64,000 bases of DNA from Deltaproteobacteria bacterium (GTDB lineage Bacteria; Desulfobacterota; Desulfobulbia; Desulfobulbales; Desulfurivibrionaceae), in assembly GCA_021802775.1 (NCBI GenBank), contig JAJZRJ010000011.1:3194-67193 (forward strand), given 5' to 3'. The first letter of the stretch is position 1. Every line of letters starts with the position of its first letter. Under the pieces are notes generated by a model, which was not told where the DNA came from, made no database searches, and saw only the letters and a program-made list of their open reading frames with translations. Made by a program: the position numbers and the translations under genes. Below are positions 10,930 through 22,513 of the stretch, piece after piece.

Positions 10930-11498
10930 ACGAACCGAGCGAGAACAAGGAACCCGCGGTAAAGACCCAGGCCCAGCTCGATCTGGAGGAGGGGCTGCGT
11001 TTTCTCAAGGAAAAGGAGATCGCCCGGGCGGCCAATGCCTTCCACAACGCCCTGCGGGGATTCGAGGAGGAAAAGAACGACAAGGGGGTGGCCAACGCCT
11101 CGGACCGGCTGGGGGATATCTGCCTCGAACGGGCCGACTTTGCCCAGGCACTGAACCACTTCAACCGGGCCTTTGCCATCTGCGCCCAGCCCGGCGACGA
11201 ACTGAGCATGACCTATGTCAAGCGCAAGCTGGCCCGCACCCACCGCGGCCTCAAGCAGTACGAAGAGGCCATGGCCGTCTATGCCGACCTCCTCGAAGTC
11301 TACCGCGACTTCAACAATCCGGGCGGCGCGGTGCAGGTCTTCGAAGAGATGGCCGAGATGTACCTCGACATGGGTGAGCGGGACAAGGCGGCCGACGCCT
11401 ACCGCACCGCGGCGAACATCCACCAGGGGTTCAAGCACAGCCGCCACGCCGAGGCCCTGCTCCAGAAGGCCAAGGCGGTGGAGGAAGGCTCCATCTGA
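10926..11498 (+). CDS. TPR-like repeat protein
   Basis: 190 aa; helical repeats with TPR-like spacing (ANAFHNALRGFEEEKNDKG, LGDICLERADFAQALNHFNRAF, MAVYADLLEVYRDFNNPGGA, MAEMYLDMGERDKAADAYRTA). Confidence 0.7.
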   Translation: MNEPSENKEPAVKTQAQLDLEEGLRFLKEKEIARAANAFHNALRGFEEEKNDKGVANASDRLGDICLERADFAQALNHFNRAFAICAQPGDELSMTYVKRKLARTHRGLKQYEEAMAVYADLLEVYRDFNNPGGAVQVFEEMAEMYLDMGERDKAADAYRTAANIHQGFKHSRHAEALLQKAKAVEEGSI

Positions 11499-11553
11499 CC
11501 GGAGCTGCCCGGCGTTGGCCGGCCGTTTTTCCCCGCGCCTGCAACCGCGCGAC

Positions 11554-11590
11554 AAAAAGGGGCGGAAGGTTTTACCTTCCGCCCCTTTTT
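11554..11590. terminator. Bidirectional Rho-independent terminator (serves the TPR operon and dsrD)
   Basis: aaaaa-ggggcggaagg-tttta-ccttccgcccc-ttttt: a perfect 11-bp stem flanked by an A-run and a T-run, between convergent genes. Confidence 0.85.
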
Positions 11591-11615
11591 ACATGCATAG
11601 AAAACAACGGCTGAA

Positions 11616-11855
11616 TCAGGTCCCGCGGCTCTCTTCGTCCTTGGCGCGACCCTTGGCAGCGTACATCGTGGTGCTGCCGGAAGACCAGAAGGTCATCTTG
11701 CCTTCCTTCACCAGATCATTGGCCGCGTTCTTCACGTCACGCGGCTTGGCCTCCGGATCGCAGGCATAGAAATCCTTTACGTACAACTGGGGCTTCGGGG
11801 ATTTCAGCGCCTTGTCCAGGATCGCCGCCTTCAGTTCTTCCTTGCTCATGGCCAT
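11616..11855 (-). CDS. dsrD: Dissimilatory sulfite reductase protein DsrD
   Basis: 79 aa, immediately downstream of dsrB. It has the conserved ...VKEGKMTFWSSGSTTMYAAKG winged-helix DsrD signature. Confidence 0.9.
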   Translation of the reverse strand: MAMSKEELKAAILDKALKSPKPQLYVKDFYACDPEAKPRDVKNAANDLVKEGKMTFWSSGSTTMYAAKGRAKDEESRGT

Positions 11856-11882
11856 AACGAAACTCCTTTTATCAGGTTGTTG

Positions 11883-13013
11883 TTACTTGATATGGCTGGT
11901 GAACTTGAACTGAGTGGTAGTCCGCCAGGTATCGTAAGCCAGACGGTAATCATCGATGCTCTTGTCGGTGAACGGGATGTTGCACAGCTCGAAGAACTTC
12001 TCCCAGCCGATCCGCTCGGCCCACTCGCCAACGCGCTCGTACTTGTTGGCGTTCTTGGCCCAAACCTCGAGGATGTTCTTCACTGCGTCCACAACCTCGG
12101 GCCAGCGCGGGGTGTTGTTCGGCAGGAAGGGAATGACCAGCTTGGAGAAGGCCGGACCCTTGCGGCTGTTGGAGACCTTGCCGCCCACCAGGATGGCGAT
12201 ACCGTCACCCTCCGGATCGGCCAGCGGCATTGCCGGGCACATGGTGTAGCAGTTGCCGCAGAACATGCAGCGCTCGGCGTTGACCTTCACGGATTTGACA
12301 TCCTCGCCAGCGGCATTCTTCACGGTATGCGGCTTGACCGCGCCCAGCGGACATGCGGAAATAGCCAGCGGCAACTCGCAGACGCCGGTGATGGCCTCGT
12401 GATCGACCATCGGCGGCTTGCGGTGAACGCCGAGGATGGCGATGTCGGAGCAGTGCACCGCCCCGCACATGTTCAGACAGCAGGCCAGCGCAACCTTGCA
12501 CTTGGCCGGCAGGTCCATGCTGGTGAAATGATCGAACAGGGCGTCCATGACCGCCTTGACCACGCCGGAGGCGTCGGTTGCCGGGGTATGGCAGTGGATC
12601 CAGCCCTGGGTGTGCACCACGTTGGAAACCGAGGCGCCGGTGCCGCCAATCGGGAAGCGGTTGCCGCGGCCCTTCAGGTCGTCCAGCAGGGCCTTTACCT
12701 TGGACTCGGCGTCCACGATGAACTCGATGTTGTTCCGGGTGGTCCAGCGGACGTGACCGTCGCAGTGCTTGTCGGCGATGTCACATACCTCGCGGAGGAA
12801 CTCCACGGAGAGCAGACGGGCGGAACCGACGCGCACGGTATGGCACTCGGCACCGGTCTCGCTCACGTGCTTCAGCACGCCGGGAGCGGTGATCTCGTGA
12901 TAGAGCCACTTGCCACGATTCTCGTTGATGACTTTCGGCATCATGGTCTCATAGTGTGGCGGACCAATATCGGTAATCCTGTCCTTCATCGGATTTTGCG
13001 GATCGTAAGCCAT
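11883..13013 (-). CDS. dsrB: Dissimilatory sulfite reductase beta subunit
   Basis: 376 aa; [22 protein letters not shown]..., a ferredoxin-like insert [12 protein letters not shown], and the [15 protein letters not shown] cluster region. It is adjacent to dsrA. Confidence 0.97.
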   Translation of the reverse strand: MAYDPQNPMKDRITDIGPPHYETMMPKVINENRGKWLYHEITAPGVLKHVSETGAECHTVRVGSARLLSVEFLREVCDIADKHCDGHVRWTTRNNIEFIVDAESKVKALLDDLKGRGNRFPIGGTGASVSNVVHTQGWIHCHTPATDASGVVKAVMDALFDHFTSMDLPAKCKVALACCLNMCGAVHCSDIAILGVHRKPPMVDHEAITGVCELPLAISACPLGAVKPHTVKNAAGEDVKSVKVNAERCMFCGNCYTMCPAMPLADPEGDGIAILVGGKVSNSRKGPAFSKLVIPFLPNNTPRWPEVVDAVKNILEVWAKNANKYERVGEWAERIGWEKFFELCNIPFTDKSIDDYRLAYDTWRTTTQFKFTSHIK

Positions 13014-13067
13014 TACTAACCTCCTTATATATAATGAACCTTGGTGACTTATCAGTGCGTTCCCGGA

Positions 13068-14348
13068 TTACATCGCGTTGCGCTTGCGGAATTCCTGCAC
13101 GTCGCGCTCCCAGCCGCCCTCGACCTCTTCCTCACGCCAGAAGACGTAGGGGTTGGAACGGGGTTCCTTGACGTGCTGGGGAATCGGCTCGACATCGATG
13201 ACACGGAGGAAGGTCGGCAGACCGACGCGCTGCATGGTCTCACCAAGACGCTCACGGTTCTTGCCGTTCTCCATCCACCAATCCCATACCTTCTCGATCA
13301 CCTCGACCAGCTCCTCGAACTCGTTCTCGGCGTCCATCTTGATGAAGGGGTAGATCATGGTGCCGAGCTGGGCACCGTCGAGGATCGGGGCCTTGGCGCC
13401 CATCATGACGGTGGCGCCCTGCTCGGTGCCGGGGCGCAGGGCCTTGGGCATGACGTTGAGGCAGTGCATGCAGCGGGTGCACTCGGCGTCGTCGATCTTG
13501 AGGGTGTCGCCTTCCATCCACATGCAACCGGTGGGGCAGAGGGCGATCACTTCCTTCTGGATGTCGAACTTGCCGCCCTTCAGGATACCGCCGCCGTTCG
13601 GCTTGTTGGTGCCGTTGAGGTAGTTCTTCACCTCGGCCTGGTTGATGCGGATGGCATCGCGCCAGGTGCCGATGACTGCCAGGTCGGAACGGGCGAGGGC
13701 CGCCACGCAGTCGTTGGCGCAGCCGGAGAACTTGAACTTGAACTTGTAGGGGAAGGCCGGACGATGGATCTCGTCCTGGTACTTCATGGTCATGGCGTAG
13801 CAGGCGGCGTCGGTGTCGTAGCAGGCCCACTCGCAGCGGGACTTGCCGATGCAGTTCGCCGGGGTCCGCAGGTTGGAGCCGGAACCGCCGAGGTCCCAGT
13901 TCAGCTCATGGGTCAACTCGTAGAACAGGGGCTCCAGTTCCTCGGTCCGGGTGCCGAGCAGCACGAGGTCGCCGGTGGAGCCGTGGAAGTTGGTCATACC
14001 GGAACCGCGCTTCTCCCACAGGTCGCACAGCTTGCGGAGGAGGTCGGTGCGGTAGAACTTGCTGGACGGCTGGTTCAGACGAACGGTGTGAAAATGGGCC
14101 ACGCCGGGGAACTTGTCCGGCATATCGGAGTAACGGCCAACGATACCGCCGCCGTAACCGAAGACGCCGACGATACCGCCGTGCTTCCAGTGGGTGATTC
14201 TGTCCTTGAAGGACTGCTCCATCTGACCCAGGATGTCCCAACACTGCGGGCTCTTTGCAGCCTGCCGCTTCAGGTCGGAGACAAAGCTCGGCCATGGACC
14301 CTTCTCAAGATCGTCCATCATTGGCGTATCGTGCTTCGACATCGTCAA
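13068..14348 (-). CDS. dsrA: Dissimilatory sulfite reductase alpha subunit
   Basis: 426 aa; HWKHGGIVGVFGYGGG, the siroheme/FeS region NCIGKSRCEWAC, FKFSGCANDC, and the ferredoxin insert CTRCMHCLNVMP. Confidence 0.97.
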   Translation of the reverse strand: MTMSKHDTPMMDDLEKGPWPSFVSDLKRQAAKSPQCWDILGQMEQSFKDRITHWKHGGIVGVFGYGGGIVGRYSDMPDKFPGVAHFHTVRLNQPSSKFYRTDLLRKLCDLWEKRGSGMTNFHGSTGDLVLLGTRTEELEPLFYELTHELNWDLGGSGSNLRTPANCIGKSRCEWACYDTDAACYAMTMKYQDEIHRPAFPYKFKFKFSGCANDCVAALARSDLAVIGTWRDAIRINQAEVKNYLNGTNKPNGGGILKGGKFDIQKEVIALCPTGCMWMEGDTLKIDDAECTRCMHCLNVMPKALRPGTEQGATVMMGAKAPILDGAQLGTMIYPFIKMDAENEFEELVEVIEKVWDWWMENGKNRERLGETMQRVGLPTFLRVIDVEPIPQHVKEPRSNPYVFWREEEVEGGWERDVQEFRKRNAM

Positions 14349-14498
14349 ATCCTCCTTGAAAAAGTTATTTGAAAATACCCTCTTTCACGCCGCAGAAATC
14401 CCTGCTGGACGCGATAATTGCTCCCACTAACCCAGCCGGAATGCCGCAGAGTGAGGAAACAAATCGATTTTTCTGGATGGAAATTCAGATTCGCGGAC

Positions 14499-14526
14499 AA
14501 TATACGGCCATCCCCCCCTTTGTCAA
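14499..14526 (-). promoter_or_regulatory. Candidate sigma70 promoter of dsrABD
   Basis: On the minus strand: TTGACA (14526-14521), a 16-nt spacer, TATATT (14504-14499). This implies a 5' UTR of roughly 140 nt before dsrA. Confidence 0.5.
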
Positions 14527-14682
14527 CAAAAAACAAGACAAAAACCGCGACCCCGACCAATGGCTTTTTCCCGGTCCTGGTAAGCGATTGCGGCCTTTCC
14601 CCCAACACCATTTTGACTGCCCCCCCGATAGGTGTTTGCAAACTTCTTGTTTCCGCAATTTACGGCCGCCCCTTTGCAGGAT

Positions 14683-15060
14683 ATGATATATAATAAAGAT
14701 AAACCCCACGGCCCCCAACTAACCCAGCGAGCAACCGTGCCACGTCCAAAGAAACAACGACTCTGCCAAGGGCATTTCTGCGGCCACGCCTTCAAGCCGA
14801 CCGGCACCCCCCTGGCGGATCTCACGCGCATCGTGCTCCCGCGCGACGAACTGGAGGCCCTCCGGCTCTGCGATATGGAAGGGTTAATCCAGGAGGAAGC
14901 GGGCGAACGGATGGGGGTTTCCCGCGGCACCGTGCAGCGGCTGCTCGCCTCGGCCCGCCGCAAGGTGGCTACCGCCCTGTCCGAGGGCGCGGCGCTCATT
15001 ATTGAGGATGAGGGCACAGCCAGCGTTATGCCGCCCCCTCCCCCTCCGGCACCGAAATAA
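14683..15060 (+). CDS. DUF134 (UPF0251) family putative DNA-binding protein
   Basis: VPRPKKQRLCQ...FKPTGTPLADL...LPRDELEALRLCDMEGLIQEEAGERMGVSRGTVQRLLASARRKVA matches the DUF134 pattern, with a sigma70 region-4-like HTH. The true start is probably the GTG at 14737. It is divergent from dsrA. Confidence 0.8.
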   Translation: MIYNKDKPHGPQLTQRATVPRPKKQRLCQGHFCGHAFKPTGTPLADLTRIVLPRDELEALRLCDMEGLIQEEAGERMGVSRGTVQRLLASARRKVATALSEGAALIIEDEGTASVMPPPPPPAPK

Positions 15061-15184
15061 GCTCAACCGTGGCAGGTGCCGTGCCCCCGGCACGCCTGGG
15101 TCGGCGGCATGCTCACCAGTTGATTGTTGAGCATCCCTCCGCCACCGCCTGCACCTGCACAATACAGGGCTCATTCGTACTTTC

Positions 15185-15405
15185 TCCTGAATCCGTGACG
15201 GCTTCGCGCTTGATTAGGTGATATCCGGCTGTTGCCGCTGTTCAATGTCAAGGCCACCGCTTTGTCCGGGTTCACCCCGCCGCCCGGCGGGGCGACCGAT
15301 AACGGCGCATCTGCCGCGTTGGCGACTCGTTGATATACCAGGTGTATCATCAACATCGTCGCCGCCTTGCCTCTGCACCGTTCTCGAACGCTCACGGATT
15401 CAGGA
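15185..15405. repeat. 221-bp element bounded by perfect 14-bp terminal inverted repeats (MITE-like or structured RNA)
   Basis: tcctgaatccgtga (15185-15198) is the exact reverse complement of tcacggattcagga (15392-15405). The interior has GC hairpins (ccccgcc/ggcgggg) and a long imperfect hairpin (gttgatata...tatcatcaac). 15362-15400 is 38/39 identical to 24070-24108. Confidence 0.6.
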
Positions 15406-15408
15406 TTC

Positions 15409-16596
15409 TTATTCCTCCCCCTCCAGTAACGTTGCCGGTTTGATGGCCTGCTGGCCGTACTTGCCGGTGATGCGGTCCACCGCGGCATGCAGCCCCTGTT
15501 GTTTGCCGCTTTTCTTTTGCGCGGCCGCAAAGAGGCTAAGCTGTCCTTCTCTCTCGCCCGCGGCCAACCCGGAAACCGAGACGCCCAGCAGGCGCACCGG
15601 CACTCGGCCCGCCTCGGTTTTCACGAGCAGCGTCTTGACCGTCCCGTAGAGTTCCCCCTCGTCGCAGGTGGCAACCGGCAGAGTTACGCTGCGGGTGATC
15701 TGCTTGAAGTCGTGGTACTTTACCTTGAGGGTGATGGTGCGGCCGCAGACGCCATGGCGTCGGAGCCGGCGGGCTACCCTGGTGGAGAGGGCCAGCAGTT
15801 CCCGCTCGATGACCTGCCGCCCCCGCAGGTCTTTCTCGAAGGTCTCCTCGTTGCCGATGGACTTGGCCTCCTGCTCCGGTTCCACCTCCCGTTCATCGAT
15901 CCCTTGCGCCACCAAGCGCAGATGCTCGCCGTGGCTGGCGCCGAATTTAGCAGTGAGCAGCGGCAACGGCAAGCGGGCCAGGTTGCCGATGGTGCGTATC
16001 CCCATCAGGGTCATGGCCTTGGCCGTGGTGCTGCCCACGCCCCAGAGGCGGCCAATGGGCAAGGGCGCCAGGAACTCGCGCTCTTCGCCAGGGGGGACCA
16101 CGATGAGGCCGTCGGGCTTCTTGAGGTCCGAGGCGATCTTGGCCACCAGCTTCGACGAAGCCACGCCGGCGGAAACGGTAAGCCCGGTCTCCTCCCGCAC
16201 CAGCCGCTTGATTTCTCGGGCAATGGTCTCGCCGCTGCCGAGCAGCATGATGCTGGCGGTGACGTCGAGGAAGGCCTCGTCGAGCGAGAGGGGTTCCACC
16301 AACGGCGTGAAGCGGTGGAAGATCGCCATGATCTGCTCCGAGACCTCGCGGTAGCGCGCCATGCGGACCGGCAGGAAGACGCCAAGCGGGCAGAGCTTGC
16401 GGGCCGCCACGATGGGCATGGCCGAGTGGACCCCGTATGTGCGCGCCTCGTAGGAGGCGGCGGAGACCACCCCGCGGTGGGATGGCCCACCCACGATCAC
16501 CGGCTTGCCGCGCAACTCCGGCTGGTCGAGCATTTCCACCGAGGCATAGAAGGCATCCATATCGAGATGGATGATCTGGCGAGGTTTTTGGGGCAT
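15409..16596 (-). CDS. dinB: DNA polymerase IV
   Basis: The internal ATG at 16596 gives MPQKPRQIIHLDMDAFYASVEMLDQPELRGKPVIVGG, the canonical Y-family start. A little-finger region follows. The upstream extension in the track ORF is probably not translated. Confidence 0.93.
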   Translation of the reverse strand: MPQKPRQIIHLDMDAFYASVEMLDQPELRGKPVIVGGPSHRGVVSAASYEARTYGVHSAMPIVAARKLCPLGVFLPVRMARYREVSEQIMAIFHRFTPLVEPLSLDEAFLDVTASIMLLGSGETIAREIKRLVREETGLTVSAGVASSKLVAKIASDLKKPDGLIVVPPGEEREFLAPLPIGRLWGVGSTTAKAMTLMGIRTIGNLARLPLPLLTAKFGASHGEHLRLVAQGIDEREVEPEQEAKSIGNEETFEKDLRGRQVIERELLALSTRVARRLRRHGVCGRTITLKVKYHDFKQITRSVTLPVATCDEGELYGTVKTLLVKTEAGRVPVRLLGVSVSGLAAGEREGQLSLFAAAQKKSGKQQGLHAAVDRITGKYGQQAIKPATLLEGEE

Positions 16597-16820
16597 GGCG
16601 CAGTCGGGTAGCGATTGTTGGAATTTTGACAGGTGGCACAGGAATGCGGCGGAAAAAATTGCCATCCCTTTACTGATCGCCATTGTGCGACCTTTCCCGG
16701 GCCTTTGCAAGGGCTGCTTCGTCATCTGGTTTTTTCTTCTGTGAAATCAAGGTGATGGCGCGCGGCCGGAGCAGGAGGCCAGGGCAGCGGTTTGCCTTTT
16801 TATACAATTTTTTGGGCAGG

Positions 16821-16836
16821 TGGCACGGAAATGGCA
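16821..16836 (+). promoter_or_regulatory. Candidate sigma54 (-24/-12) promoter upstream of the GGDEF gene
   Basis: TGGCACggaaaTGGCA. GG-N10-GC spacing was counted by hand. It lies about 70 nt upstream of the ATG at 16906. Confidence 0.45.
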
Positions 16837-16905
16837 TTCAATTAGCGAGTAACAGTGAATGCACCCGGACGTTGAGAGTATTTAGTATTTACCAGGAACG
16901 CTGCC

Positions 16906-17910
16906 ATGTCGAGCGCCGAAGAGCATCATCCCGCCGTCAACAGTATGGTCCACCTGTTGGCGCAGCTGGACCACTACCGCAAGCAGACGGAGTGGCTCGC
17001 CCTGGCCAATCGGCTCCATGCCCGGCTGGCCGGCGCCACTGATCTCCAGAGCATGATCGAGGCCTTCTCCGTCTGGCTCATGCCGCTGGTGGATCATGAC
17101 CTCATCGCTTACCGTAATGCCTGCCGCACCCGCGAACATATGCTCTGCTCCTGCCATGGGCCGGAGCGACGCAAGGTGATGCATGTGGCCGCCGAGTTGC
17201 TTGAAGAGCCTGCCGCGGCCACCGGCGAGGAGTGCCAGTGGCAGGGGGAGTTCCACGGTTTCCGCTGGCAATTGAAGGGCAACGGCGACATCGGCCAGAT
17301 TCTTGTGCTGCGCCGGGCCACGGCCCTGGACGCCGATGAGGTGGAGTTGCTCGGCAAGGCCATGGAGATTCTGGCAGAGCCCTTGCCGCGTGCCTTGGAT
17401 TATGAGGACCTGTACGAACAGGCCAGCCGTGACGTGCTGACCGGTCTCGAGAACCGCCGGGTTTTCGAGAACCGCATCGGCTCCATGATGGAAAGCGCCC
17501 GGCGCCATGGCCATCCCCTTACCCTGGCCAGTATGGACCTCGACCGGTTCAAACAGATTAATGATACCTTCGGCCATGCCGAGGGTGACAAGGCGCTCCG
17601 CAAGGTGGCGCGGCTGCTGACTGCCCTGATCCGCACCAGTGACCTGCTGGTGCGCATGGGCGGCGATGAGTTCGTGCTGGTGCTGCCCGATACCGACCTG
17701 CTTGCCGCCAAGATACTGGCCGAACGGCTGTGCCTGGCAGTGGATGGCCTTGGCCTCGGCAATAGCAAGAGCGGTCGCCTGGGCATCAGTATCGGGCTGG
17801 TGCAGTGGCAGCCGAAGATGAGCCTGACCGCCTGGCTGTTTAAGGCGGATGAGGTGTTGTACGAGGCCAAGGCCGCCGGCCGTTGCCGGGTCTGCATCGC
17901 CACCGATTGA
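16906..17910 (+). CDS. Diguanylate cyclase (N-terminal sensory/GAF-like region plus GGDEF domain)
   Basis: RDVLTGLENRRVF..., DLDRFKQINDTFGHAEGDKAL, the active site RMGGDEFVLVL, and LYEAKAAGR. Confidence 0.9.
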   Translation: MSSAEEHHPAVNSMVHLLAQLDHYRKQTEWLALANRLHARLAGATDLQSMIEAFSVWLMPLVDHDLIAYRNACRTREHMLCSCHGPERRKVMHVAAELLEEPAAATGEECQWQGEFHGFRWQLKGNGDIGQILVLRRATALDADEVELLGKAMEILAEPLPRALDYEDLYEQASRDVLTGLENRRVFENRIGSMMESARRHGHPLTLASMDLDRFKQINDTFGHAEGDKALRKVARLLTALIRTSDLLVRMGGDEFVLVLPDTDLLAAKILAERLCLAVDGLGLGNSKSGRLGISIGLVQWQPKMSLTAWLFKADEVLYEAKAAGRCRVCIATD

Positions 17911-17964
17911 TTTTCCTTCCGGCCCCCTGACGGCGAACGCTGTCTCCGTTGTTTCCCGTTGAAC

Positions 17965-18002
17965 CCGGGTCATGCTCCCCCAAGCATGGCCCGGTTTTTT
18001 TC
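17965..18002 (+). terminator. Rho-independent terminator after the GGDEF gene
   Basis: ccgggtcatgc-tcccccaa-gcatggcccgg (11-bp stem with one G-U pair) followed by ttttttt. Confidence 0.8.
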
Positions 18003-18381
18003 CCCGTCCCCTTTTTTTCGTCAACGTGCCGTTTCGCCGCGCAGGAGCGGGTTCACCCGCGACCTTTTGGCCATCACCGTTCAGCTCTGGCGCCTTTTCG
18101 CGGCTGAAGCCGCTCCTTGGGCAGGTGGCGCCGTTTCAGGGCGTTCACCATCTGCGCCCGGTAATATGTCAAATCTCCGACAGGTGGCGCTGGCCGGCCT
18201 GGGGCCTGGGCGGCCTGGCCATTGCCGTGTCTTCCGGGCCGGCTTGACAGGGTGGCGGGCTGCTCTTACTGTTTGTCCCATGGCGGCGGAGGACCCTGAT
18301 CGGGGCCGTTTTTGAGGCCGCATCGAGACGCACGGCATCGCCCGGAACGGGCACGGATAGGAAAGTAGAGGAGGTTCTTGA

Positions 18382-20976
<2,595 letters not shown>

Positions 20977-21000
20977 GGCGTAACAGGCAAGCATGCCAAA

Positions 21001-21024
21001 GCCCGCCATCCGGCGGGCTTTTTG
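21001..21024 (+). terminator. Rho-independent terminator after clpB
   Basis: gcccgcc-atcc-ggcgggc followed by tttttg, 25 nt after the clpB stop. Confidence 0.8.
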
Positions 21025-21086
21025 CCGGTATTTTCGGAATGCTCCGCATGGAGTATAATGAAAATATTGATACTGTGGAGGTGCCC

Positions 21087-22394
21087 ATGCTGCCCAAGAA
21101 AATGCTCCTGGTGTTATCGCTGGTCGCGGCCGTTACCATGACCGGCTGTGCGATCAATCCGGTTACCGGTCGCTCCGAGCTGGCTTTTTACGAGATGAGC
21201 GAGGGGGAAGAGATCAGCATCGGTAAAAAGGCCTTCCCCAGCGCGATCCAACAGATGCAGGGGGAGGTCAACGATCCGGCGCTCCAGGCCTATGTCGGCA
21301 AGGTCGGGAAAAAGCTGGCGGCAGTAAGCCATCGGCCGCAATTGCCTTACCGTTTTGTGGTGTTGAATGATTCCACGCCCAACGCCTTTGCCGTGCCGGG
21401 CGGTGCCATTGCCATCACCCGCGGGCTGCTGGTGGGCATGGAAAACGAGGCGCAGCTTGCTGCGGTGTTGGGCCACGAGATCGGCCATGTCACAGCGCGC
21501 CACGCCGCGCAAGGGATTCAACGGGGGATGCTGCTCAATCTCGGCGTAATCATCCTCGGTGAGGCGACGGGGGGCTACAGCGCCATTGCCCGCCAGGGTG
21601 GGCAACTGGCCGCCACCCTGATCGACAATTCATACAGTCGCGAGCAGGAAAGCGAATCGGACCGCCTGGGCATCGATTATATGGTGCGCGCCGGCTACAG
21701 CCCGTTTGGTTCGGTGCAGCTCCAGGAGTTTCTGCTGAAGCAGAGCGGCGAGCATGATCCCGCCTGGCTTGCCGGTCTCTTCCGTACGCATCCCTTTTCC
21801 CGGGAGCGGATGGTCGCCAACCAGGCATACATCCAGAGCCGTTATCCTGCTACGCTGCATGATTCGGCCTACGGCATGGCGCCGGCGCCGTTCCGTGCCG
21901 CCACGGCAGGGCTGCGCAAGAGTGCCAAGGCCTATGCCTTATACGACCAGGCTCGCCAGGAGGAGCAGCGCAAGAATCCTGGTCGGGCAACCGAGCTGTA
22001 TCGTCAGGCCGTGCAGGCCGCGCCGGATCAGGCCTTGCTCCATTCCGCCTTGGGTCATGCCCTGCTGCGCCAGGAAAAATTAGCAGAGGCGAAGCCGTAT
22101 CTGGCAAAGGCGGTGACGCTCGATGGTAATTATTTCGCGTCGCGGCTGGGGTTGGGCTATGTGCTGGTGCAGGAGAAGGAATGGGGCGGTGCGATCCGCG
22201 AACTGACGCGCAGCATGGACCTGATGCCCACCCTGGAGGGCGCCTATTTCCTGGCCGAAGCCCATGAACACGGGGGGGATCGCCGGCAGGCGGTCATCTT
22301 GTATAAGCAGGTGGCGGCGGCTGACCCCAAAGGCCGGCTGGGGCGATCTGCTGCCTCCCGCCTTCAGGCATTGCCCGGCGGCCGCTCATTCTAG
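21087..22394 (+). CDS. M48 family metallopeptidase lipoprotein with C-terminal TPR repeats (BepA/LoiP-like)
   Basis: The internal ATG at 21087 gives the lipoprotein signal MLPKKMLLVLSLVAAVTMTGC. The zinc motif is LGHEIGHVTARH. C-terminal TPR-like repeats are present. Confidence 0.88.
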   Translation: MLPKKMLLVLSLVAAVTMTGCAINPVTGRSELAFYEMSEGEEISIGKKAFPSAIQQMQGEVNDPALQAYVGKVGKKLAAVSHRPQLPYRFVVLNDSTPNAFAVPGGAIAITRGLLVGMENEAQLAAVLGHEIGHVTARHAAQGIQRGMLLNLGVIILGEATGGYSAIARQGGQLAATLIDNSYSREQESESDRLGIDYMVRAGYSPFGSVQLQEFLLKQSGEHDPAWLAGLFRTHPFSRERMVANQAYIQSRYPATLHDSAYGMAPAPFRAATAGLRKSAKAYALYDQARQEEQRKNPGRATELYRQAVQAAPDQALLHSALGHALLRQEKLAEAKPYLAKAVTLDGNYFASRLGLGYVLVQEKEWGGAIRELTRSMDLMPTLEGAYFLAEAHEHGGDRRQAVILYKQVAAADPKGRLGRSAASRLQALPGGRSF

Positions 22395-22513
22395 ACGGAA
22401 GCGGCGTGATGTTTCTCGTCGCCCCACCAAAGGGGCGACAGCAGTGCGTGGGCGCCTGCTTGGCACCGTTGCCGGCGTAATCACAATCACCCTGTTCGGG
22501 GCGATTACCTCTC

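Noticed and set aside
15171-15530. 119-aa minus-strand ORF across the repeat element and the dinB 3' end
   Set aside because: It overlaps the dinB C-terminus in another frame and runs through the inverted-repeat element. It has no RBS or motif support.
16634-16648. TGGCACaggaaTGCg as a second sigma54 promoter
   Set aside because: Counting by hand, the GC of the -12 element falls one position short of GG-N10-GC. It also points into non-coding DNA opposite dinB. I kept it only as a copy of the CAGGTGGCAC motif.
18003-18381. Heat-shock control element (CIRCE or sigma32 promoter) upstream of clpB
   Set aside because: No TTAGCACTC-N9-GAGTGCTAA-like inverted repeat is present. There is only a weak TTGACA-17-TACTGT at 18244-18272, with no convincing CCCCAT-type -10.
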